Shown: positions 19,584-28,020, counted from the stretch's first letter. The stretch: 64,000 nucleotides of DNA from an uncultured Candidatus Rokubacteria bacterium (GCA_963789955.1 CAWBMV010000030.1:1-64000); one strand, 5' to 3'. Numbers and translations: made by a program. Notes: generated by a model not told the origin, from the sequence alone.

Positions 19584-19613
19584 CGTGGCCTCCTCCGTCG
19601 ACCGCGGCGAACT

Positions 19614-19642
19614 TTGTCGACCCGCGGCGAATATGCTAGGGT
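19614..19642 (+). promoter_or_regulatory. Putative sigma-70 promoter
   Basis: TTGTCG-N17-TAGGGT with TGn extended -10, upstream of the 37-aa ORF and the amidohydrolase. Confidence 0.5.
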
Positions 19643-19673
19643 CGCGCCGAGAAACTCAACCCGGAGGGAGCCA

Positions 19674-19787
19674 ATGGACGATAAGGGACTCGGGCTCTGG
19701 CTGAACATCGGCTCGCTGATTCTCATCGCGGCGCTCGTCGTGGACTTCTACGTGGTGATCAACACCGCGCTCCACGCCAGCCACTGA
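19674..19787 (+). CDS. 37-aa single-TM micro-protein
   Basis: GGAGGGAG RBS; MDDKGLGLWLNIGSLILIAALVVDFYVVINTALHASH. Confidence 0.65.
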   Translation: MDDKGLGLWLNIGSLILIAALVVDFYVVINTALHASH

Positions 19788-19825
19788 CGAGCACCGCTCC
19801 GCCCGCCGCTCCTCACTCCCTCGCC

Positions 19826-21280
19826 ATGCCTCGCTACGATACCGCCGTTCTCAATGGCACGGTGGTCGTTCCCTACGTGGGCGCCCTGCGCTGTGACGTC
19901 GGTATCCGCGCCGGGCGTGTCGCGGCACTGGCGGATTCGATCGCGCCGGCCGACGCGGATGTGGTCGTGGACGCCCGCGGCAAGCTGGTGCTGCCGGGAG
20001 CCGTAGACTCCCACTTCCACATCGGGATCTATCGCGACCTCGCCACCGACGCGCGGAGCGAAACGGCTTCGGCGCTCGCGGGCGGCGTGACTACTGTCGT
20101 CAGCTACTTCCGAACGGGGCAGAACTACCTCAACAAGAGCGGGCCGTACCGGACGATCTTCCCGGAAGTCGTCGCGGCCACCGTCGGCCATGCGCACACC
20201 GATTTCGGATACCACATCGGCGTGATGACGACCGAGCAGCTCCACGAGGTGGACTGGCTCGTGGGCGAGCAGGGCGTCGGCTCGTTCAAGTACTACATGT
20301 TCTACAAGGGCCTGAACCTCACGTCCGACTCGACGCGGGGCAGCGCCTACACGATGGCCGACACGTACGATCTCGGCCATCTCTATCTCCTCATGCGGCA
20401 GGTCGCGGCGGCGTCGCTCAAGTACGGCGCCCACGGTCGAGTCTCTCTGAGCCTCCACTGTGAGCAGGCCGAGCTCATCCGCGTGTTCATCGAAGAGGTG
20501 AAGCGCTCGGGTCCGGGCGGCCTGGAAGGCTACCATCGCTCGCGGCCGCCGCTGACCGAGCAGCTGTCGATCGCCGAGGCCCTCGTGCTCACCGACGCGA
20601 CGCGCTGTCCCGTGAACCTGCTCCATCTCTCCAGCGCCGAGGCCGTGACGAGCGGCGCCGACGGGCGGCACCGTCATCCCCACCTCGACATCCGACTCGA
20701 GACGACGCTGCATCACCTGGCGCTCACGCACGCCACCGCCGGCGGAATCGTCGGCAAGGTCAACCCGCCGATCAGGACGGAGACCGACCGCGAGGCGCTG
20801 TGGCAAGCCGTGGAGGACGGCCGCATCGACACGGTCGTGAGCGACCACGCGTGCTGCTCCGAGGAGGACAAGGGCGAGGATCTCTGGAAAGCCCTGCCGG
20901 GCTTCGGGGGAACCGCGCTGCTCTACCCGTATCTCATCTCGGAGGGACATCTCCGGCGAGGCCTGTCGCTCACGCGGATCGTGGAGCTGGCGAGCGCCAA
21001 TCCCGCGCGGGCGTTCGGGCTCTACCCGCGCAAGGGCACGATCGCCGTCGGCGGCGACGCGGATCTCGTCGTGCTCGATCCGGCTCGCGAGCACACCGTC
21101 TCGCCCGAGGTGCTCCACTCGGCGCAAGACTTCACGCCGTTCGCGGGCATGCGTGTCCGCGGCTGGCCCACGCACACGCTCTTACGAGGACGCACGGTGT
21201 TTCGGGACGGCTCGGTTCTCGGCGAGCCGCAAGGGCAGTACGTCAAGCGTCCGATCGGGCTCTACGGTGCGGCGAGCTGA
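19826..21280 (+). CDS. Cyclic amidohydrolase (dihydropyrimidinase/allantoinase/dihydroorotase family)
   Basis: PGAVDSHFH metal motif, SFK (carboxylated Lys), HCE, HLS, SDHA, KGTIAVGGDAD. Confidence 0.9.
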   Translation: MPRYDTAVLNGTVVVPYVGALRCDVGIRAGRVAALADSIAPADADVVVDARGKLVLPGAVDSHFHIGIYRDLATDARSETASALAGGVTTVVSYFRTGQNYLNKSGPYRTIFPEVVAATVGHAHTDFGYHIGVMTTEQLHEVDWLVGEQGVGSFKYYMFYKGLNLTSDSTRGSAYTMADTYDLGHLYLLMRQVAAASLKYGAHGRVSLSLHCEQAELIRVFIEEVKRSGPGGLEGYHRSRPPLTEQLSIAEALVLTDATRCPVNLLHLSSAEAVTSGADGRHRHPHLDIRLETTLHHLALTHATAGGIVGKVNPPIRTETDREALWQAVEDGRIDTVVSDHACCSEEDKGEDLWKALPGFGGTALLYPYLISEGHLRRGLSLTRIVELASANPARAFGLYPRKGTIAVGGDADLVVLDPAREHTVSPEVLHSAQDFTPFAGMRVRGWPTHTLLRGRTVFRDGSVLGEPQGQYVKRPIGLYGAAS

Positions 21281-21323
21281 AGCGGTGCGGGGTGTCCGCG
21301 AGGAATGCGAGTGAGCCGGCGCG

Positions 21324-21443
21324 CTACGCCTTGGCCTTGGCGGCGGAGCGCCGCGGGCAGGCCTTGTGATACCAGGTCGAGCCGAGCTTGACGTGATTGC
21401 CGTTCTTTCGGATCTTCAGCTTGCACTTGGGACACGTTCCCAT
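21324..21443 (-). CDS. 39-aa basic putative zinc-finger micro-protein
   Basis: AAGGAG RBS, TGcTATAAT extended -10 at 21480-21488; MGTCPKC...WYHKACP (CxxC-x19-HxxC). Confidence 0.72.
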   Translation of the reverse strand: MGTCPKCKLKIRKNGNHVKLGSTWYHKACPRRSAAKAKA

Positions 21444-21508
21444 CTGCGCTCCTTTTTGAGTGCTGATCGAAGCGGCGCCATTATAGCAGGCGCCTCGGGC
21501 CGGACCTC

Positions 21509-21847
21509 GTGACGGACTGCGTCTTCTGTCGCATCGTCGCGCGCCAGAGCCAGGCCGACATCGAGTACGAGGACGACGCGGTCCTGGCATTCAAGGACAT
21601 CTACCCGAAGGCGCCGATTCATCTGCTCATCGTTCCCAAGCGCCACGTCAGCTCGATTATGGCGATGGAGCCCGCGGACGTCGAGGTCGTCGGCCGGTGC
21701 TTTCTGGCGGCCCGCAAGATCGGCGAGGCCAGGGGACTGGCCGAGAGGGGATATCGGCTGCGCGTGAACTGCGGCCCCGAGGGCGGACAGGTCGTCTATC
21801 ACGTGCACGTCCACTTCCAGGCCGGCGGGCGGGTAAGCGGCGCCTAG
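21509..21847 (+). CDS. HIT family (Hint-like) nucleotide-binding protein
   Basis: DCVFCRI, AFKDIYPKAPIHLLIVPK, GQVVYHVHVH histidine triad. Confidence 0.93.
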   Translation: MTDCVFCRIVARQSQADIEYEDDAVLAFKDIYPKAPIHLLIVPKRHVSSIMAMEPADVEVVGRCFLAARKIGEARGLAERGYRLRVNCGPEGGQVVYHVHVHFQAGGRVSGA

Positions 21848-21859
21848 TCGAGGCGCTGA

Positions 21860-23353
21860 TCAAGCGGAAGTGGCCGCAGTCTTCGCTTCGAGCGGCAACC
21901 CGGCGTCCGCCCAGCTGCTGAGCCCGCCCTTGAGAATTCGCACGTCGCGATAGCCCAGGTCGCGAAGCTGGCGCGCCACCCGGGCGCTCGTGGCTTCGTC
22001 GGGTCAGGAGCAGTAGGCAACGACGGTGCGATTCACGTCGAAGTCGAGGGCGCGTGCGCCCGCCTTGAGCTCTTCGGGCGCGACATGGCGGGCGTCCTGA
22101 ATCCTCACCGGGCTCTTGGTGTACGTTGGTCCGTCGCGAACATCCAGAATGACCGGCGGCGTTTCCGGTGACGCCTCGATGAGCCGCATCACCTCGGCCG
22201 GCCGGATGCGATAGCGGTTGCGCTTCGCGCGCCGCGCGAGGAACACACCGACCGCCGCGAGGATCACCACCGCCACGACCGCGGCGATCGGCGCCCACGG
22301 GAAGGGGCGAGGAGGCGGGTTCTTCGCTTCGGCCATCATGCGGCGCACGTCGGTCAAGTCGGGGAGGAGGCGGTTCGCTTCCTCGAAGTGCTTCTCGGCG
22401 CGGCCGTAGCTGCCGGAGAAAAACTCTTCGAGCCCTGCGTGCCACGCGGCGTTGAATCGACTGGCTTCGTCGAGCTTGACGCCGCTGCCCTTCAGGAACT
22501 CGCGCACCGCTGCCGACGGGATGATGAAGTTGAACCCCTGGACGATGGCACCCTGGCTCCCGGTGTCGAGGCTCACAAACGTCAGGACGCCGAGAACCCC
22601 GCCGTCCGAGCCGACGGCGGGGCCACCGCTGTTGCCCCACGCCGCCGGCGCGTCGACCTGGATCACCGGCTGATTGGCGACGTCTTGCTTGAAGCCGGAG
22701 ATCGCGCCGTTGGTCACCGAGGCCTCGACCTTGGCGGATGCGTTCAGGAGCTCGTGACTCAGCACCACGCCCGGGAAGCCCAGGATGTGAATCTTGTCGC
22801 CGATCTTCGCATTCGAGGAGTCCCCGAGAGACAGAGCCGGCATGTCGGCGGCTTCGAGCTTCAGGAGCGCGAGGTCGCGGCCCGACATCGCCTCGCCGGC
22901 GACCGGCGGGCTGTACTTGGACACCGTCGCGCCGAGCCGCATGCCGTTCGCGAGAAGCACCGAGATCGATGGATCGAGCTTGATCTTGGCCCGCGCCACC
23001 GCCGCCGCGAAGTCCCGATCGCTCACGTCGGGGCACGCCTGACGGACGCCTCGCTGCAGCAGCTCCTGCGCGATCTCCTCCTTGGGCTGGTGTGCCGGCG
23101 AGACGACGTGGCCGTTCGTGACGAGCCACCCGTTCGGATTGATGAACCACCCCGTCCCAGTTTCGCGGAAGGGTGCGGGTGACACCTGCTGCTTGCCGCC
23201 GGCCGGGCAGGTCACGGTCACTTCGGCGGCAACCTCCGAGACGACGAGCGCCACCGCTGGCTTGGCACGGAGCAAGACCTCCTGGACGGAGGGGGCGGCA
23301 TCGGCGAGACCAGGAACCGCGAGGAACAGCAGGCTCGCGACCCACGTGCGCAT
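21860..23353 (-). CDS. Exported trypsin-like serine protease - TM - rhodanese fusion; probable selenoprotein (in-frame UGA at 22006-22004)
   Basis: Signal peptide; triad TNGHVV / RDLALLK / GNSGGP; TM helix; rhodanese ILDVR..VVAYCS-UGA-PDEATSARVARQLRDLGYRDVRILKGGLSSWADAGLP continues in frame to TGA at 21862-21860. Confidence 0.85.
21973..21987 (-). other. Candidate bacterial SECIS hairpin
   Basis: GCGCC-CGGGU-GGCGC stem-loop starting 16 nt after the UGA, with G in the apical loop. Confidence 0.55.
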
Positions 23354-23367
23354 TCTCGAAATTCTAT

Positions 23368-23399
23368 ACCTCGCGAAACACAAACCTCGCGAAACACAA
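23368..23399. repeat. Perfect 16-bp tandem duplication (ACCTCGCGAAACACAA x2)
   Basis: Read directly; lies between the terminator and the TAGAAT -10 of the protease gene. Confidence 0.9.
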
Positions 23400-23434
23400 A
23401 AAAGAAGGCTCCAGGGGGGCGGCCCCTGGAGCCT
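23398..23434 (-). terminator. Rho-independent terminator after the repeat-protein gene
   Basis: 12-bp stem AGGCTCCAGGGG/CCCCTGGAGCCT, 5-nt loop, followed on the minus strand by TCTTTTTT. Confidence 0.85.
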
Positions 23435-23459
23435 GGGTGCTGCTACCGCAAAGTGCTGC

Positions 23460-24374
23460 TTACTTCATCAGGCCCATCGCCTCGACGGCCTTCGACTTGG
23501 CGGTGTCCATGTTCCCGGCCTTGCAGGCCGCCTCGGCCTCGCGGACCAGCTTCGTCGCGTCGCTACCCGACGAAGACTTGGCACCGGCGAGCGACCGCGG
23601 AGCCTGAACGTCCTGACCAGCTCGCGGAGCCTGGATGTCCTGACCCGCACGCGGGGCCTGAATGTCCTGACCAGCCCGCGGAGCCTGGATGTCCTGACCC
23701 GCACGCGGGGCCTGAATGTCCTGACCAGCCCGCGGAGCCTGGATGTCCTGACCCGCACGCGGGGCCTGAATGTCCTGACCAGCTCGCGGAGCCTGGATGT
23801 CCTGACCCGCACGCGGGGCCTGAATGTCCTGACCAGCTCGCGGAGCCTGGATGTCCTGACCCGCACGCGGGGCCTGGATGTCCTGACCTGCGCGCGGCGC
23901 CTGAATGTCCTGACCAGCGCGCGGAGCCTGGATGTCCTGACGCGAACCGGCTAGCGACCGGGGCGCCTGAATGTCCTGACCACGCGGAGCCTGGATGTCC
24001 TGACCCGTCCGCGGGGCCTGAATGTCCTGACCGGCACGCGGGGCCTGGATGTCTTGACCCGCCCGCGGGGCCTGGATGTCCTGGCCGGCGCGCGGAGCCT
24101 GGATGTCCTGACGCGAGCCCGCGAGCGACCGGGGCGCCTGGATGTCCTGCCAGCTACGCGGGGCCTGGACGTCTTGACCACGCGCGGCGCCTGGATGTCC
24201 TGGCGCGAGCCGGCGAGCGACCGCGGCGCCTGAACGTCCTGCGCGCTTCGAAACCTTCTTCAGCATGGCTTGCGCCTGGCTGACTTCGACCGGGCACTTG
24301 GTCTGCGCGTCGGCGACAGGCGCCAACGTCGCGACGACTGCGGCACTCATGATCACTGCGAAAAATCTCTTCAT
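23460..24374 (-). CDS. Secreted protein with ~23 QD(I/V)QAPR(AG) repeats between two Cys-containing helical segments
   Basis: Signal peptide MKRFFAV..ADA|QTKC; repeat variation is almost all synonymous in this frame; compensating indels at ~24180-24250 hide two more units. Confidence 0.88.
   Translation of the reverse strand: MKRFFAVIMSAAVVATLAPVADAQTKCPVEVSQAQAMLKKVSKRAGRSGAAVARRLAPGHPGAARGQDVQAPRSWQDIQAPRSLAGSRQDIQAPRAGQDIQAPRAGQDIQAPRAGQDIQAPRTGQDIQAPRGQDIQAPRSLAGSRQDIQAPRAGQDIQAPRAGQDIQAPRAGQDIQAPRAGQDIQAPRAGQDIQAPRAGQDIQAPRAGQDIQAPRAGQDIQAPRAGQDIQAPRAGQDIQAPRAGQDIQAPRAGQDVQAPRSLAGAKSSSGSDATKLVREAEAACKAGNMDTAKSKAVEAMGLMK
23580..24241 (-). repeat. Coding tandem repeat, 27-bp unit with 54-bp higher-order dimer
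   Basis: Alternating units CAGGACATCCAGGCTCCGCG(A/G)GCTGGT and CAGGACATTCAGGCCCCGCGTGCGGGT; occasional 39-bp units (..SLAGSR). Confidence 0.95.
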
Positions 24375-24502
24375 CGGTCTTTCCATTTCCCTTCGTTCTG
24401 GTTTGGTTTGGTTCGATCCGTTCACCGCGCCAACCTGCTTCGCGCTCACCCCCTCGGCGTCGAGGTCGACTCGGTCGCTACAACTCTTGGATGGAGATTA
24501 AG

Positions 24503-24518
24503 AGCAACGAGGATGCCA
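24503..24518 (-). promoter_or_regulatory. Putative sigma-54 promoter for the repeat-protein gene
   Basis: Minus strand TGGCAT-CCTCG-TTGCT, close to the TGGCAC-N5-TTGC(A/T) consensus. Confidence 0.72.
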
Positions 24519-24662
24519 GCGGCGAATCAGGCTAAGGACGAATGAAACAAGCTACTTATTCGGAATTCTCACCCCCGGCAGATGGCGTTGTGCCCGGCGC
24601 CCGGCTCGACAGGGGTGCGGCATTCTGCCCGTCGACCGCCTTGTGATAGCCTGACACCCGCG

Positions 24663-25995
24663 ATGCATTGGATCCCGCGTATTTCGCTGGTCTTTCGGGC
24701 TCAGCGCTCTAGGTCTCATGGCCTGCTCGACAGCGACGAAGGTGAAGTCCTCGGCGGCGCCCCAGGTGCCTACCCGATACGTGCTCCACAACGGTGTGCG
24801 GGTCCTCGTTCAAGAGTACCCCTCGAGTGAAGTCGTTGCCGTCCAGCTATGGGTGCGCGCGGGCGGACGCGACGAAGCCCCGACGGAGCTCGGCCTGGCT
24901 CATTATCTCGAGCACATGCTGTTCAAGGGGACCACGACTCGCTCGAAGGGCTTCGTCGACCGGGACGTCGAGGCGGTCGGCGGGCGGATGAACGCCGGAA
25001 CCTCGCTCGACTTCACCTTCTATCACGCGGTGCTGCCGGCCTCGCGCGCGGTCCCGACCATCGAGATGCTCGCCGACATCAGCGTCAACTCGATCCTCGA
25101 CGAGACCGAGCTGGAGCTCGAGAAAAAGGTCGTCATCGAGGAAATGCGGGTGAGCGAGGACACACCGCAGCGGCATCTCTCGCGTCAGCTCTACAGCATG
25201 GTGTTCGACGGCCACCCGTACGGCCGCTCCGTGCTCGGCACGCCCGAGATCATCCAGAAACTGACGCGGCAGACCCTGCTCGCGTTCTATCGCCGTCACT
25301 ACGTTCCCGAGTCCTTCACCCTGGTCGTCGTGGGGCCGGTGAATCCCGCCGAGATCCTCCAGGCCGCGGAGCGGACGCTCGGGCGCCTGCCGCGAAGCGG
25401 CTTCCAGCGACTACCGCAATCGATGCCCGGCTCGCTCGCGCCGAAGAAGACCGAGATCCCGCGGCCCGGGGCGCTGGCCTATCTCGGGATGGGGTGGCTC
25501 GGTCCGAAGCTGGATCATGCCGACACGCCGGCCGTCGACCTCCTCGTGTCGATGCTCGGTGAATCGCGCTCGTCGCGCTTGCCTCAGGCGCTCCGTGACC
25601 GGCTCGGGCTCGTCAATTCGGTGAGCTCCAACTACCAGGCGCTCGAGGCCGGAGGCGTGATCACGGTGACGGCGCAGCTCGAGGCCGAGAATCTCGCCCG
25701 CGCCGAGGCCGAGATCCTGAACGAGATCCGTCGCCTGCGCGACCGGGATGTGAGCGACGAGGAGCTGCGTCGAGCCCTCACGCGCGCCGAGGCCGAGCGC
25801 GCGTTCCGCAGCGAGACCGCCGAGGGGCGCGCCCAGCTGTTCGGCCACGCGGAGACCGTGTGGCGGCTCAGTGAAGAGCTCGCGTACATCGATCGCCTGC
25901 GATCGGTCACGCCGGATCAGATTCGTTATGCCGCTCGACGCTATCTGGATCTCGAGAGCTACGGACGGGTCGAATTCGTTCCCCCGCCACGATGA
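24663..25995 (+). CDS. M16 (pitrilysin/insulinase) Zn peptidase, catalytic subunit; probable lipoprotein
   Basis: GLAHYLEHMLFKG (HxxEH), MNAGTS, EKKVVIEE; removing one base near 24695 yields signal MHWIPRISLVFGLSALGLMA-C. Confidence 0.9.
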
Positions 25996-27302
25996 CGCGC
26001 GTCGTCCTGATGCTCGGCTCCCGTGCTGATGGCGTGCGCGCTCGCGCTCGGCGTCTCGCACGCCGAGGACCAGCCCGTCGCGCGCCAGGTTCTCGCGAAC
26101 GGATTGACGGTGCTGGTTCGCGAAAATCCAGCGGTTGGTGTCGTCGCCGTCTCGCTTCAGGTCCGCGCAGGCTCGCGGTTCGAGACCGAATCGAAGGCCG
26201 GCATCACCAACTTCCTGCACCGCGCGATGGTCCGCGGCACGGCGCGCCGCACCGCGATCCAGCTCGCGATCAGCGCCGAAGACATCGGCGGCAGTATCGA
26301 CGCGAACGGCGAGATCGAGGCCGCCGAGATACGCGGTCAGGCGCTGGCGCGCCACTGGGAGACGCTTCTGGATCTCGTGGCCGACGTGGCGCTTCAGCCG
26401 GCGCTCCGGCCCGACGAGATCGAGAAGGAGCGCCGGCTCATTCTCGGTCAGATCAAGTCGCGCGCGGATGCGCCCTTCCTGTTCAGCTTCGACGCCGTGC
26501 TTCGCGAGCTGTACGGAACGAATCCGTACGGGCGCAACCAGCTCGGCCTCAAGGACAGCGTCGAGCGGCTGACTCGCGACGATCTGCTCGCGCACTATCG
26601 CGCGATCTATCAGCCCGACCAGATGGTCCTGGCCGTCAGCGGTCAAGTGGAGCGCAAGGCTGTCTTCAAGGCGGCCGAGCGACTCTTCGGCCGTATGACG
26701 CGCTCCGGCGCCAGGGACTCAGGCGGCGCTCCCAGTTTCCGAGCCGCCGGGGGAGCGCAAGGTCATCACGCGCCCGGCCCAGCAAGCGCAGATACTGGTC
26801 GGCTATCTCGGGCCGGGCCTCGCGGATCCTCTCTACCCGGCCGCTCGCGTGCTCTCGGCCGCGCTCGGCGGGGGCATGGCGGGCCGTCTGTTCGTCGAGC
26901 TCAGAGACCGCCGCGGGCTCGCGTACTCGACGGCCGCCTTCATGCCGTATCGCACCGGACCGACGTTCCTCGATCGCGTTCCTCGGGACGGCGCCGGCCA
27001 GCGCCGCCGCGGCGGAGGCGGGGGTGCTGCAGGAGCTCGAGCGCGTGCGAGCCGCGCCGATCAGCGGCGACGAGCTGGCGCGCGCGAAAGCGTATGTCCG
27101 CGGTCAGCTCGTGATGGATCGGCGCACCAACGCGCGTCTGGCGTGGTACCTGGCCTTCTTCGAGACGGTCGGAGCCGGCTGGGATTTTCCCGACCGCTAC
27201 GCCCGAGCGATCGACGCGGTGACGGTGGAAGACGTCGCGCGCGCCGCCGAGCGGTATTTGACGCGGCCGACGATCGTCGTGCTCCAGCCGACGGCGCGCT
27301 GA
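25992..27302 (+). CDS. M16 peptidase, non-catalytic partner subunit (apparent indels at ~26022, ~26740, ~26975)
   Basis: ATGA overlap; signal peptide; LANGLTVLV, degenerate NFLHR motif; GRLFVELRDRRGLAYS in a downstream frame. Confidence 0.85.
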   Translation: MTRVVLMLGSRADGVRARARRLARRGPARRAPGSRERIDGAGSRKSSGWCRRRLASGPRRLAVRDRIEGRHHQLPAPRDGPRHGAPHRDPARDQRRRHRRQYRRERRDRGRRDTRSGAGAPLGDASGSRGRRGASAGAPARRDREGAPAHSRSDQVARGCALPVQLRRRASRAVRNESVRAQPARPQGQRRAADSRRSARALSRDLSARPDGPGRQRSSGAQGCLQGGRATLRPYDALRRQGLRRRSQFPSRRGSARSSRARPSKRRYWSAISGRASRILSTRPLACSRPRSAGAWRAVCSSSSETAAGSRTRRPPSCRIAPDRRSSIAFLGTAPASAAAAEAGVLQELERVRAAPISGDELARAKAYVRGQLVMDRRTNARLAWYLAFFETVGAGWDFPDRYARAIDAVTVEDVARAAERYLTRPTIVVLQPTAR

Positions 27303-28009
27303 TGATTCCGCTCAAGGACGACGTTCCCAGCTCGACCGTTCCGTACGTCACGATCGGTCTGATCGGGCTGAACGTCCTGGTATACCTCTACCAGGCGTCG
27401 ATCGGCCTCGGCGGGGACGTGCGGGCCGCGGAATCGGTCGTGTTCGAGTTCGGCGCCACACCCTGTCGGATCACCGGCGCGTGCGCCGTCCCCGGAGATT
27501 TCCCGAGCCCGCTCGCGACGATCTTCACCTCGATGTTCCTGCACGGCGGGCTGCTGCACGTCGGTGGCAACATGCTCTATCTGTGGATCTTCGGTGACAA
27601 CGTCGAGGACACGTTCGGTCACTGGCGCTATCTCATGCTCTACCTGCTGGCGGGAATCGCGGCGGCGGCCACGCAGATCGCCGTGAACCCTCGCTCGTCC
27701 ATCCCGATGATCGGTGCGAGCGGCGCCGTCTCCGGGGTGCTCGGCGCGTACATCCTCCTGTTCCCGTTCGCGGGCGTCCAGATGCTCGTGGTGTTCGGAT
27801 TCTTCGCCCGGATCGTGCGCTGGCCGGCGCTCGTCGTGCTCGGCTTCTGGATCATCATCCAGGCCCTGAGCGGTATTCTCACGTTCAGCGCGGCGGCCTG
27901 GGGTGGGGGCGAGGCCGGCGGCACGGCGTGGTTCGCCCACATCGGGGGATTCCTGGCGGGCATGGCCCTGCTGTTTCTGATGCGGCCCCGGCGAGTCGCT
28001 CGCCTATAA
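27302..28009 (+). CDS. Rhomboid family intramembrane serine protease
   Basis: MIPLKDD, SMFLHGG..HVGGNM, FGDNVED, IGASGA (Ser), AWFAHIGG (His). Confidence 0.95.
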   Translation: MIPLKDDVPSSTVPYVTIGLIGLNVLVYLYQASIGLGGDVRAAESVVFEFGATPCRITGACAVPGDFPSPLATIFTSMFLHGGLLHVGGNMLYLWIFGDNVEDTFGHWRYLMLYLLAGIAAAATQIAVNPRSSIPMIGASGAVSGVLGAYILLFPFAGVQMLVVFGFFARIVRWPALVVLGFWIIIQALSGILTFSAAAWGGGEAGGTAWFAHIGGFLAGMALLFLMRPRRVARL

Positions 28010-28020
28010 TGATGCGCGTA

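Noticed and set aside
1..21300. Prophage or genomic island
   Set aside because: Patchy gene content but no integrase, transposase, phage genes, tRNA or att repeats seen.
22004..22006. TGA as the true stop of the protease gene
   Set aside because: It would cut the rhodanese domain at its active-site loop; the frame continues with the remaining conserved motifs.
23580..24241. CRISPR-like array
   Set aside because: Head-to-tail 27-bp units with no unique spacers, no cas genes, and synonymous variation in a coding frame.
23453..24283. Plus-strand Cys-rich repeat ORF (PGCPDPHAGPECPDQ) as a metal-binding protein
   Set aside because: Antisense shadow: unit variation is non-synonymous in this frame, while the minus frame has a promoter, signal peptide and terminator.
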